A stretch of DNA of 64,000 bases from an uncultured Planctomycetales bacterium. Its GTDB lineage: Bacteria > Omnitrophota > Gorgyraeia > Zapsychrales > JANLHA01. The stretch spans positions 29,514-93,513 of the forward strand of contig CAYYRJ010000006.1 in NCBI GenBank assembly GCA_964474085.1, written 5' to 3'. Shown here piece after piece: positions 39,836 through 49,379 of the stretch (position 1 is its first letter; each line of letters starts with the position of its first letter). The position numbers and the translations under genes were made by a program. The notes beneath the pieces are model-generated. The model worked only from the letters and a program-made list of their open reading frames with translations. It had not been told where the DNA came from and ran no database searches.

Positions 39836-40519
39836 ATGATTAAGTCATTTCGCCATTATCAAACTTCGATCGGCCGCAAACAAATTGTTGCGACAACCGG
39901 CTTGCTTTTGATTTTGTTTATCTGCGGGCATTTGGTTGGAAACCTTTTATTTTTTGGCGGCCCTGACCTTTATAACGGTTATGCGGCTTTTTTAGGAAAA
40001 CTTCGTCCCGGTCTTTATGTGATTGAAGGAATTTTGGGGTCGATCTTTTTGATGCACATTTTTGTCACGTATTTTCTTGTTTACAAAAACATGACTTCGC
40101 GTCCCATCGGATACAAAATAGTCGCCCCCAAAGCCGAACGTTCTTTTGCCGCACAAATTATGCCCTTTACAGGAACAATTGTCCTGGCTTTCATTTTTTA
40201 TCATCTCTGGGATTTTACGTTTACTCCCCATCATGGCGCACAAAGCATTTTGGCCGACGGAAAAAATTACGGACTCTACGGCTTAGTTTACAATTCATTT
40301 AAAGATTGGATGCACAGTACATTTTATATTATTGCGATGGCAAGTATCGGGTTTCATTTAAGTCATGGCGTTGAAAGTTTTTGTCAGACCTACGGCTTTA
40401 ATCATCCCAAGTATACAGGCCGCGTTCGTTTGGCCAGCAATTTATTTGGTATCTTAGTCGGTTGGGGCTTTAGCTCGATTCCTGTCTATGTTTTAATCAA
40501 AAATTTGGTAAATAATTAA
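39836..40519 (+). CDS. sdhC: Succinate dehydrogenase/fumarate reductase cytochrome b subunit (type B, single 5-TM anchor)
   Basis: About 228-aa polytopic membrane protein with conserved His residues, immediately upstream of the flavoprotein subunit. ATG at 39836. Confidence 0.7.
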   Translation: MIKSFRHYQTSIGRKQIVATTGLLLILFICGHLVGNLLFFGGPDLYNGYAAFLGKLRPGLYVIEGILGSIFLMHIFVTYFLVYKNMTSRPIGYKIVAPKAERSFAAQIMPFTGTIVLAFIFYHLWDFTFTPHHGAQSILADGKNYGLYGLVYNSFKDWMHSTFYIIAMASIGFHLSHGVESFCQTYGFNHPKYTGRVRLASNLFGILVGWGFSSIPVYVLIKNLVNN

Positions 40520-40523
40520 GCCT

Positions 40524-42440
40524 ATGATCGACTCAAAAATCCCATCCGGTCCGCTAAAAGAAAAATGGTCGCAACACAAGTTGCACGTTAAGCTCGTCAA
40601 CCCGGCCAATAAGCGTAAATACAAAATTATTGTCGTTGGAACAGGTTTGGCAGGCAGCTCTGCGGCAGCCACATTAGCCGAGCTTGGCTATAAGGTCAAA
40701 GTTTTCTGCATTCAGGACAGTCCTCGTCGGGCGCACAGCATTGCGGCGCAAGGGGGGATCAATGCAGCCAAAAATTATGCCAATGACGGCGACAGCGTTG
40801 AGCGATTGTTTTATGACACGATCAAAGGCGGAGATTTTCGCGCGCGTGAAGCCAACGTTTATCGTTTAGCCGAAGTCAGCAACGCAATTATCGACCAATG
40901 CGTCGCGCAAGGTGTTCCGTTTGCCCGTGATTATAGCGGTTATTTGGAAAATCGTTCGTTTGGCGGAGCGCAAGTTTCGCGTACCTTTTATGCTCGCGGC
41001 CAAACGGGGCAGCAACTTCTTTTAGGCGCTTATTCGGCGATGATGAAAGAAGTGGCACGTGAAAATGTCGAACTTTGTCCACGAGAAGAAATGCTCGATT
41101 TGGTCGTCATCGACGGAGTTGCCAAAGGGATTGTCACTCGCAATTTGATCACAGGAAAAATCGAATCGCATTGTGCCGATGCCGTCATTATGGCCACCGG
41201 CGGCTATTCATCGGTTTTTTATCTTTCAACAAATGCCAAGGCTTGTAACGCAACCGCCATTTGGCGTGCTTATAAACGAGGGGCCTTTCTGGCTAACCCA
41301 TGTTTTACGCAAATTCACCCGACCTGCATTCCGGTTCACGGCGATTATCAATCCAAATTGACATTGATGAGCGAAGGCTTGCGCAATGACGGGCGTGTGT
41401 GGGTTCCCAAGAATGCAAATGATAAAAGAAGTCCTTCAAAAATTTTAGATACAGAACGCGATTATTTTTTGGAACGCAAGTATCCGACCTTTGGAAATCT
41501 TGTTCCGCGCGATATTGCCTCGCGCAACGCCAAGGAGCAGTGTGACGCCGGGCGTGGCGTTGGCGAAACCGCAATGGCGGTTTATTTGGACTTGGCGGCT
41601 GCAATTAAGCGTTTGGGCAAAGAGACGATCACCGAGCGTTACGGTAACTTGATTGAAATGTACGAAAAAATTACCGGCGACAATCCTTACGAAACGCCGA
41701 TGATGATTTATCCGGCCCCGCATTACACGATGGGTGGATTGTGGGTGGATTATAATTTGATGAGTACAGTTCCCGGGTTATTTGTTTTAGGGGAAGCGAA
41801 TTTTTCGGACCATGGGGCCAATCGTCTGGGGGCGAGCGCTCTGATGCAAGGCTTGGCCGACGGGTATTTTATTATTCCGTATACGATTGGCGATTATTTG
41901 GCGCAGACACAACCGCTTGGCAGTGACATTTCTTCTTTTCCTGCCTTTAAAGAGGCTGAGGGGCAAGTTTTACATAAAGTGACGCGCCTTTTAGAAGCCA
42001 AAGGCAAGCGTAGCGCGGATGATTTTCATAAGCAGCTTGGAAAACTTTTGTGGGACAAATGCGGAATGTCGCGCAATGATGCTGGTTTGCGTGAAGCCCT
42101 TGCTCAAATTCCGGCGATTCGCCAGGAGTTCTGGGAAAATATCAACGTTCCCGGCAGCGGGGAAGATTTGAATCAAAGCTTGGAAAAAGCCGGTCGAGTT
42201 GCCGATTATTTGGAATTTGCCGAATTGTTTGTCAAAGATGCTCTGCATCGCAAAGAGTCCTGCGGTGGACATTTTAGGGAAGAATATCAGACTCCTGAAG
42301 GCGAAGCCAAGCGGGATGACGAAAAGTTTTGTTATGCCGCAGCCTGGCAACATATTGAAGGCAAGGATGCGGAGCCTATGCTTCATAAGGAACAATTACA
42401 TTTTGAAAGCGTCAACTTGACCCAGAGAAGTTATAAATAG
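40524..42440 (+). CDS. sdhA: Succinate dehydrogenase/fumarate reductase flavoprotein subunit
   Basis: FAD-binding [12 protein letters not shown], a covalent-FAD His region ([14 protein letters not shown]), and catalytic HYTMGG. Confidence 0.9.
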   Translation: MIDSKIPSGPLKEKWSQHKLHVKLVNPANKRKYKIIVVGTGLAGSSAAATLAELGYKVKVFCIQDSPRRAHSIAAQGGINAAKNYANDGDSVERLFYDTIKGGDFRAREANVYRLAEVSNAIIDQCVAQGVPFARDYSGYLENRSFGGAQVSRTFYARGQTGQQLLLGAYSAMMKEVARENVELCPREEMLDLVVIDGVAKGIVTRNLITGKIESHCADAVIMATGGYSSVFYLSTNAKACNATAIWRAYKRGAFLANPCFTQIHPTCIPVHGDYQSKLTLMSEGLRNDGRVWVPKNANDKRSPSKILDTERDYFLERKYPTFGNLVPRDIASRNAKEQCDAGRGVGETAMAVYLDLAAAIKRLGKETITERYGNLIEMYEKITGDNPYETPMMIYPAPHYTMGGLWVDYNLMSTVPGLFVLGEANFSDHGANRLGASALMQGLADGYFIIPYTIGDYLAQTQPLGSDISSFPAFKEAEGQVLHKVTRLLEAKGKRSADDFHKQLGKLLWDKCGMSRNDAGLREALAQIPAIRQEFWENINVPGSGEDLNQSLEKAGRVADYLEFAELFVKDALHRKESCGGHFREEYQTPEGEAKRDDEKFCYAAAWQHIEGKDAEPMLHKEQLHFESVNLTQRSYK

Positions 42441-42453
42441 AAAAGATAATCCT

Positions 42454-43215
42454 ATGGATAAAAAATTAAATCTTAAGCTGATGATTTGGCGGCAAAAAGG
42501 CCCGACGGATAAAGGGGAGTTTGTAACCTATCCAGTCAATGACATTGATGTGGCGATGTCGTTTTTGGAAATGATCGACGTGTTAAACGAACGGCTGACC
42601 AAAGAAGGCCAGGAGCCGGTTGCTTTTGATCATGATTGCCGTGAGGGAATTTGCGGGATGTGCGGAGCGGTCGTTAATGGTAAAGCGCACGGAAAACTTA
42701 AAGGGACTACCCTTTGCCAATTGCATATGCGTCATTTTCAAAATAATGAAACCATTGTCATTGAACCGTGGCGTGCCAAAGGTTTTCCTGTTCTCAAAGA
42801 TTTGATTGTTGATCGAAGCGCGTTTGACCGGATTATCGCATCCGGCGGGTATATCTCGGCCAAAACCGGTTCTGCGCCTGACGCTAATGCGATTCCTGTT
42901 GCAAAAGAAAATGTCGATCAAGCCATGGATGCCGCCTCCTGCATCGGCTGTGGTGCTTGTGTGGCCGCATGTCCCAATGCGTCAGCGATGCTGTTTGTGG
43001 GAGCCAAGGTCAGCCATTTGGTGCTTCTGCCGCAAGGCAAAGTCGAAAGCAAAACCCGTGTGAACAATATGGTCCATCAGATGGACAAAGAAAATTTTGG
43101 CAACTGTTCCAATGAATACGAGTGTGAAGCCGCATGTCCTAAGGGGATTAGTGTGGCTAATATTGCCCGTATGAATCGCGAGTTTATGTTTTCGCGGATT
43201 TCCCGTCAGTCGTAA
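42454..43215 (+). CDS. sdhB: Succinate dehydrogenase/fumarate reductase iron-sulfur subunit
   Basis: 2Fe-2S ([10 protein letters not shown]) plus 4Fe-4S/3Fe-4S Cys clusters ([12 protein letters not shown]; CEAACPKGI). Confidence 0.9.
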   Translation: MDKKLNLKLMIWRQKGPTDKGEFVTYPVNDIDVAMSFLEMIDVLNERLTKEGQEPVAFDHDCREGICGMCGAVVNGKAHGKLKGTTLCQLHMRHFQNNETIVIEPWRAKGFPVLKDLIVDRSAFDRIIASGGYISAKTGSAPDANAIPVAKENVDQAMDAASCIGCGACVAACPNASAMLFVGAKVSHLVLLPQGKVESKTRVNNMVHQMDKENFGNCSNEYECEAACPKGISVANIARMNREFMFSRISRQS

Positions 43216-43263
43216 GCGTTTTTCCTCTTTTTTCTGCATTTGTGGTAACATATCGTGATTTTT

Positions 43264-44634
43264 ATGAAAATTGATAAAGCCACAATCCTAAAATTTGACA
43301 AGCCAGGGCCGCGTTACACAAGTTATCCGACGGCTCCCGAGTGGTCGACCGTCTCTAACACCCAAACTTATCATCAAAAACTCCATCAGTTCGGCCAAAG
43401 CGGCAAAACGCTTTCGCTGTATGTTCATATTCCTTTTTGTGAATCTTTGTGTTACTTTTGCGGCTGCAGCATGAATGTCCGCAAAAACGAAGAGCGCGTT
43501 GGTAATGAATATCTTGACTATCTTGAAAAAGAAATCGATCTTGTCGCTCAAAAAATCGGCACAAAAACTCTAATCCGCCAGTTGCACTGGGGCGGAGGGA
43601 CGCCGTCTTTTTTAAGCGAAACGCAAATGACTCGTCTGTATCAAAAAATTGCCAGCTGCTTTAGGATTGATCCAGCTGGGGAAATTGCCATCGAAGTGGA
43701 TCCTCGTCGGGTAACAAAATCTAAAGTCGAAACTTTGCGAAAATTAGGGTTTAATCGAATCTCCATTGGTTTGCAAGATTTTGATGAAAACGTGCAGAAA
43801 CACGTCAATCGGATTCAACCGTTTGAATTAGTCGAACAATTTAACCGCTGGTGCCGTGATCTGCATTTTGAGTCGGTAAATTTTGATCTGATTTATGGCT
43901 TGCCGTATCAGACGATTGATTCGTTTGCCCAGACGGTGGAGCTAGTGCTTTCTCTTAAGCCAGACCGCATTGCGCTGTATAGTTTTGCGTATATTCCGTG
44001 GCTTAAGAAGCACCAGACAAAAATTGATGAGAGCAAGTTGCCGTCGACAGATCAAAAGCTGGAAATATTTTTAAATGCACGCAATGCGTTTTTGAAGAAT
44101 GGTTATCAGGCTATTGCCATGGACCATTTTGCCCTGGCTGACGATGAATTGAGTAAAGCATTTAATCGTGGGACTCTGCACCGCAACTTTATGGGCTATA
44201 CGGTCAAGCCGGCCGATGAATATATTGGGCTGGGAACTTCCGCTATTGGATTTCTTGAGGGCTCATTCTTCCAAAATTACAAAACGATTCCCGAATATTA
44301 CCATTTTTTAAAACAAGGCGAACTTCCCGTCGAGCGCGGCAAAGAACTTTCAGAGGATGATTTAATCCGCCAATGGGTGATCAAGTCTTTGATCTGCCAG
44401 TTTAGTCTCGACAAAAAAGCGTTTGCCCAACATTTTTCAAAAGATTTTGACGGGTATTTTCAAGAAGAACAAAAACATCTTGTCAAATGCGTCGAGGATG
44501 GATTACTATTCTTTGATCAAGATCGAATTGTTGTAAGCGATTTGGGTAAAATTTTTGTGCGTAACATTTGTATGGGTTTTGACTGGTATTTACGGCAAGA
44601 AAAAAGCCATAAACGTTTTTCGAAGACGGTGTAA
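43264..44634 (+). CDS. hemN: Oxygen-independent coproporphyrinogen III oxidase (radical SAM HemN)
   Basis: CxxxCxxC (CESLCYFCGC) and a HemN C-terminal domain. ATG at 43264. Confidence 0.8.
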   Translation: MKIDKATILKFDKPGPRYTSYPTAPEWSTVSNTQTYHQKLHQFGQSGKTLSLYVHIPFCESLCYFCGCSMNVRKNEERVGNEYLDYLEKEIDLVAQKIGTKTLIRQLHWGGGTPSFLSETQMTRLYQKIASCFRIDPAGEIAIEVDPRRVTKSKVETLRKLGFNRISIGLQDFDENVQKHVNRIQPFELVEQFNRWCRDLHFESVNFDLIYGLPYQTIDSFAQTVELVLSLKPDRIALYSFAYIPWLKKHQTKIDESKLPSTDQKLEIFLNARNAFLKNGYQAIAMDHFALADDELSKAFNRGTLHRNFMGYTVKPADEYIGLGTSAIGFLEGSFFQNYKTIPEYYHFLKQGELPVERGKELSEDDLIRQWVIKSLICQFSLDKKAFAQHFSKDFDGYFQEEQKHLVKCVEDGLLFFDQDRIVVSDLGKIFVRNICMGFDWYLRQEKSHKRFSKTV

Positions 44635-44658
44635 AAGATATTCTTTATCCTCAAATGT

Positions 44659-44858
44659 ACAGTCTAGGTCAGATGAAGGGGCAATTTGAAAAGTGGATTC
44701 CCGCTTTCGCGGGAATGACAAAATTTTCGCTGGAATGAAAAAATTTTCGCTGGAATGACAAAATTTTCGCGGGAATGACAAAAGAAGTAGTGTCATCCCT
44801 GCGAAAGCAGGGATCCACGTGAACAAATATCATTAAATTTCTCCCCATCTGACCAGCC
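44659..44858 (+). repeat. MITE/REP-like repeat, copy 3 (complete): imperfect terminal inverted repeats CAGTCTAGGTCAGATGAAGGGG / CCCCATCTGACCAGCCTG, hairpins A and B, plus three internal 20-nt sub-repeats AAAATTTTCGCKGGAATGAM
   Basis: Direct reading of the 44659-44858 sequence. Confidence 0.85.
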
Positions 44859-44890
44859 TGGTATCGATTGGAGAGAGGAAACTAATTGTT

Positions 44891-45898
44891 ATGACAAATT
44901 CACTTCTACTAGATTCCTTTTCCGGAAAGAACAAAAAAGTTCCTGTTTGGTTTATGCGTCAGGCTGGGCGATTTTTGCCGGAGTATCGCGAAATCCGCAA
45001 AAAACATTCGCTCGATGAAATGTTTCGCGATCCACAAACGGTGGCCAAGGTAACGTGTTTGCCCGTCGATATCCTTAAAGTTGATGCCGCGATTCTTTTT
45101 GCCGATATTTTGACCTTACCGATGCATTTGGGTTTTAAAATTACCTTTGATCCCAATCACGGGCCTGTCATTGCCAATCCGTTTAATTCAAGCGGGGACT
45201 TTAAAAAATTGCATGATTTGGACGATGTCAAACATTTACGTCAAGCTATCCCTATGATTAATGCCAGTCTTTCCCCGGAAATTCCTTTAATCGGTTTTGC
45301 CGGCGCCCCATTTACCGTGCTGTGTTATCTTGTGGAAGGCGGGTCTTCGTCGAATTTTCGAAAAGTTTTTAAATTTATCAATGAAGACGAGCATGGATTT
45401 CACCGGTTAATGAAGTTTTTAACCAAGAACACAATCGCCTATTTGAATTTGCAAAAGGACGCTGGCATCAAAGTTTTTCAGCTTTTTGATTCGTGGGGCG
45501 GCATCTTGCGTGCGCAGGATTACCAAAATTTTATTCTTCCATATGTGCGCGAAATTTTTAAAGCCGTTGATTTGCCGTCGATTTATTACTTGAAGAATTC
45601 ATTTCATCTGTTGCCGCAAATGCAGAAGTCCGGCAGTGATTTTTTAAGCGTCTGTGAAACCGTGGACTTAACGGACCCAAAAATTTTGGCACAGTCAAAG
45701 CAAGGCGTGCAGGGCAATTTATTCCAAGGGCTCTTGTATGCCGACGACAATATCCTTGAAATGGAAGTTTTAAAAATTCTCAAAGCCAGCCGGCGTTTTA
45801 AAAAATATATCTTCAATTTAAGCCACGGGATACAACCGGATGTCCCGGTTGAAAAAGTCAAAATGATCATTGAGCTGGTCCACAACTTTAAGCGCTAA
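44891..45898 (+). CDS. hemE: Uroporphyrinogen decarboxylase
   Basis: VWFMRQAGR signature near the N-terminus. Confidence 0.9.
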   Translation: MTNSLLLDSFSGKNKKVPVWFMRQAGRFLPEYREIRKKHSLDEMFRDPQTVAKVTCLPVDILKVDAAILFADILTLPMHLGFKITFDPNHGPVIANPFNSSGDFKKLHDLDDVKHLRQAIPMINASLSPEIPLIGFAGAPFTVLCYLVEGGSSSNFRKVFKFINEDEHGFHRLMKFLTKNTIAYLNLQKDAGIKVFQLFDSWGGILRAQDYQNFILPYVREIFKAVDLPSIYYLKNSFHLLPQMQKSGSDFLSVCETVDLTDPKILAQSKQGVQGNLFQGLLYADDNILEMEVLKILKASRRFKKYIFNLSHGIQPDVPVEKVKMIIELVHNFKR

Positions 45899-45907
45899 TA
45901 TTAATCC

Positions 45908-47287
45908 ATGAGCAAAAATATTTTCATCGTAGGCGGCGGCGTCAGCGGGTTAACCGCTCTTTATTATCTGCGCCAACAATATGCCCAGCGGCCTGACGTT
46001 AAGATTAAACTTCTAGAAATGGAGTCGACCTGCGGGGGAACCATCAAAACCGTTGAGCGAAATGGTTGTCAATTTGAAACCGGCCCCAACGGTTTTTTGG
46101 ACAACAAGCCCAGCACGTTAATGCTCTCCAAAGAACTGGGACTTGAAAATCAATTGATTGCCGCAAGTCCTGCGACCAAAATCCGTTCGATTTGCGTTGG
46201 GGATGTGCTTTATCCGCTGCCTTCAAGCCCGTTGTCATTTTTAAAATTTAAACCAATGTCTTTCGCAAGCAAATTACGTGTGGCCCAGGAAATCTTTATT
46301 TCAAAAGGCCAAAATCCCAACGAAACGGTTTTTCAGTTCGGCACTCGCCGCTTGGGCGAGAATTTTGCAAAATATTTTTTGGATCCTATGGTCAGCGGAA
46401 TTTTTGGCGGCAATGCGCAAGATTTGAATTTGCAATACGCTTTTCCCCGAATCCATCAGATCGAACAGAAGTATGGCTCACTTTTTAAAGGCATGATTTC
46501 TTTAAGTGTTGAAAAACGCCGTCAACGTGGCAAGAATTCATTGACCGCAGGCCAACCGACGGGGCAGTTATGGTCGTTTAAAAATGGAATGGGCCAATTG
46601 ACCCAGAAGCTCGTCGAAATAAATACGGATGTTATTGAAACCGGCGTTTGTGTTCAACAGATTGCAAAGCAAGCCCAAGGTTATGAAATTCAAGCTGTCG
46701 ATAAAAAGTATTTTGCGGACGAAGTTATTTTGTCGATTCCTGCGCCAGCGGCCGCGGATATCCTTAAGGGCGTTAATAAAAATTTGGCGGATGCTCTTGG
46801 TAAAATCCCTTACGCTTCGATTGTTGTCGTGGGACTTGTTTATGATGTCAAACAATTTGATTGTCTGCCGCAGGGCTTTGGCTATTTGCGCCCGACGCAT
46901 GAAGGCAGGGAGGTTTTGGGCGTTTTGTTTAGCAGCAATATTTTTCCAAACCGTTGCCCGAAGGGCAAAATACTTTTTCAAATTATGTTAGCTGGCGCGT
47001 GTAATCCGGACACAGTGCGAAAAAGCGACGAAGAACTTTTGGCTTTGGCCAAAGAAGAACTCGCCAAGATTCTTAAAGGCAGGGGAGAACCGACAGATCA
47101 ATTTTTGCTGCGCTGGGGCAAGGCGATTCCCCAATACAACCGCGAGTATCCACAAACTTTTTTAGAAATTAAAAAATCTATGGCCGATATGCCGCATCTT
47201 TATCTGCTGGCGAATTATCTTAACGGCATTTCGCTTAATGATTGTACGGCCAATGCCAAAGAGCTGGCAGAAAGAATACAAATCTAA
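45908..47287 (+). CDS. hemY: Protoporphyrinogen oxidase (HemY-family FAD oxidase; it could instead act on coproporphyrinogen)
   Basis: IFIVGGGVSGLTALYYL FAD motif; the length and C-terminal conservation fit. Confidence 0.7.
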   Translation: MSKNIFIVGGGVSGLTALYYLRQQYAQRPDVKIKLLEMESTCGGTIKTVERNGCQFETGPNGFLDNKPSTLMLSKELGLENQLIAASPATKIRSICVGDVLYPLPSSPLSFLKFKPMSFASKLRVAQEIFISKGQNPNETVFQFGTRRLGENFAKYFLDPMVSGIFGGNAQDLNLQYAFPRIHQIEQKYGSLFKGMISLSVEKRRQRGKNSLTAGQPTGQLWSFKNGMGQLTQKLVEINTDVIETGVCVQQIAKQAQGYEIQAVDKKYFADEVILSIPAPAAADILKGVNKNLADALGKIPYASIVVVGLVYDVKQFDCLPQGFGYLRPTHEGREVLGVLFSSNIFPNRCPKGKILFQIMLAGACNPDTVRKSDEELLALAKEELAKILKGRGEPTDQFLLRWGKAIPQYNREYPQTFLEIKKSMADMPHLYLLANYLNGISLNDCTANAKELAERIQI

Positions 47288-47389
47288 AAACTTTAAATTG
47301 CGTAGTAGTACGTAGTTTGCTATATTCAGTCTTCAATAAGGTTCAGACTAAAAACTTTTGATAGACTTTAATAACCGTCAGGAGATTTA

Positions 47390-48106
47390 ATGAATAAAAT
47401 ATTTTTAAATTTTTTCTTTATTTTTGCTGCAATTTTATTTTTATCTTCCTGCGAAAAAAAAGAAACAGCCCGCACGTATTCTGAAGTAACCGAGGATTCG
47501 TCCTTGGAAACTGCCGCGCCGACAAGCGACCCGCACGCCGGTTTAAATATCGATTTAAATGCGCCGATGCCCGGCATGGACAGCAAAAACGATCCGCATG
47601 CCGGATTTACCAAAGAACAATTGGCTCAAATGCTCTCTGCAAGCGGGGTGCAAAACGTTTCCGAAAGTCCGATCAGCTGGACTTTGCCCGAAGGTTGGCA
47701 AGAAAAGCCAGCGACGGGAATGCGGATTGCAACTTTTGGTCTCAAAAATAACGAAAGCGCTGTCGATTGCTCGATTGTTTCGCTTGGCGCCGGGGCCGGT
47801 GGCATTGAACCAAATATTATCCGCTGGCTAGGGCAGTTAAATCTCGAAGTTTTGCCTCCTGCAGAACTTGAGGCTTTTATCGCCAAACAGGAAACGCTGA
47901 CACTTGACGCGAATGTTTCGGCGCTTGTCATTGACTTTACAGGTTTACAAAAAAAATCAGCGCCGGCAACGCCAAGTATGCTGGCCGCTATTATTGAAGC
48001 GAACAATCAACGGATTTTTGTCAAAATGACCGGCAGCCGCGAGAAGGTTTTGGAACAGTCCAAAGCCTTTAAAGCGCTTGTGAAATCCTTAAAGTTTAAG
48101 AATTAA
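47390..48106 (+). CDS. Hypothetical lipoprotein
   Basis: Signal peptide plus lipobox (LFLSSC). A repeated DPHAG motif. It lies directly upstream of ccsB. Confidence 0.5.
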   Translation: MNKIFLNFFFIFAAILFLSSCEKKETARTYSEVTEDSSLETAAPTSDPHAGLNIDLNAPMPGMDSKNDPHAGFTKEQLAQMLSASGVQNVSESPISWTLPEGWQEKPATGMRIATFGLKNNESAVDCSIVSLGAGAGGIEPNIIRWLGQLNLEVLPPAELEAFIAKQETLTLDANVSALVIDFTGLQKKSAPATPSMLAAIIEANNQRIFVKMTGSREKVLEQSKAFKALVKSLKFKN

Positions 48107-49236
48107 TGTCCCGACGAAAACCTCTTAAAGGTAATAAAATTTTTTTGTTTCTTTCCTCACTGCAGATCACTGTAGTCGGGCTGTTGTTGCTTTTTATTCT
48201 GACTTTTTGGGGCACTGTCGCTCAGGTTGAAAACGGACTTTACGCCTCACAGGAGCGTTACTTTAGTTCGTTTTATTTTTTGGCGATGGGATTTTTGCCG
48301 TTTCCCGGCGCCCAATTGGTCCTTTGGGTATTGTTCGTCAATTTATTCTGTGCATTTTTTACCCGCGTTATTTATGCGTGGGAAAATTCGGGGCTTATCA
48401 TTGTTCACTTCGGACTTGTTCTTTTTCTCGTCGCTGCTTTTGTGACCTTGCATGCGGCGCGCGAATCGCATCTGACTTTAAGAGAAGGCCAAGCGTCGAA
48501 TGTTTCCTTAGCGTACAGTGAGTGGGAAATCGCGGTTTGGTCCAAAGCCGACAAACAAAAGACAGTGAGCGCCGTCGATGTTAAAGATGTAAAAGAGGGC
48601 CGTGTCATAAAGTTTAATAATCTGCCGCTTAGTTTTTCGGTTGTCACGTACTACAAAAACGCTGAAGCTTTTTCTGCGCCGTTTGCAGGGATAAAAGAAA
48701 AATATCTCAATGCGTCAAGCATCAATGTTCTCAAACCCGAAAACCCTCAGAAAGAACCCGAAAAAAATACTCCGGGAATCATTTTAAAACTCCTCTCAAC
48801 AGAAGAGAAGCCGTTGGTCCTTTTGTATGGCGCCGACGAAGGACCGACGAAGATTAGTGTCGGCGATAAAGAATTTAATGTCAGTTTGCGCTTTAAACGA
48901 CTTCCGCTACCGATTACCGTTAAACTTCTGGATTTTATGATGGACAAGCATCCCGGAACCGAAATGGCGCGCAGCTACAAAAGCAAAGTTGAAATCCAGC
49001 ACGACGGTGTTAAACGGGAAATCACCATTTCGATGAATGAACCGCTTCGCTTCAAAGATTATACGTTTTATCAGTCTTCCTATAATATCGATTCGATGGG
49101 GCGTGAGTTCTCGACGCTTGCGGTTGTCAAAAATGCAGGACGTCTGCTGCCGTATATTGCGACGTTTGTAACATTTTTTGGGCTGGCCTTGCATTTTCTT
49201 TTGGCGGCTTTTAACTTTCAAAGAGCAAAGAAATGA
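48106..49236 (+). CDS. ccsB: Cytochrome c biogenesis protein CcsB/ResB (System II), short form
   Basis: N-terminal TM region with WGT (ITVVGLLLLFILTFWGTVAQ), GLIIVHFGLVLFLVAA ... LREGQ matching ResB blocks, and a C-terminal TM. Confidence 0.65.
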   Translation: MSRRKPLKGNKIFLFLSSLQITVVGLLLLFILTFWGTVAQVENGLYASQERYFSSFYFLAMGFLPFPGAQLVLWVLFVNLFCAFFTRVIYAWENSGLIIVHFGLVLFLVAAFVTLHAARESHLTLREGQASNVSLAYSEWEIAVWSKADKQKTVSAVDVKDVKEGRVIKFNNLPLSFSVVTYYKNAEAFSAPFAGIKEKYLNASSINVLKPENPQKEPEKNTPGIILKLLSTEEKPLVLLYGADEGPTKISVGDKEFNVSLRFKRLPLPITVKLLDFMMDKHPGTEMARSYKSKVEIQHDGVKREITISMNEPLRFKDYTFYQSSYNIDSMGREFSTLAVVKNAGRLLPYIATFVTFFGLALHFLLAAFNFQRAKK

Positions 49237-49271
49237 AATTGTTAAAAAAATTAAAAGCATGGTGCAAGATT

Positions 49272-49373
49272 GTCATTGCGAGGAGCGTAGCGACGAAGCA
49301 ATCTCATATGAGATTGCTTCGCCCCTTCGTGGCTCGTCCTAAAGGACTCGCGCTCTCCGTGGCTCGCAATGAC
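49272..49373. repeat. 102-bp nested palindrome (outer arms GTCATTGCGAG/CTCGCAATGAC, inner perfect 13-bp arms GAAGCAATCTCAT/ATGAGATTGCTTC, core GAGCGTAGCGA)
   Basis: Direct reading. It lies within the ORF-track N-terminus of ccsA. Confidence 0.7.
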
Positions 49374-49379
49374 GTCACT

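Noticed and set aside
49233-49379. ORF-track start of ccsA at 49233
   Set aside because: This N-terminal stretch is the 102-bp nested palindrome translated. A signal-peptide-like N-terminus begins at the TTG at 49380.
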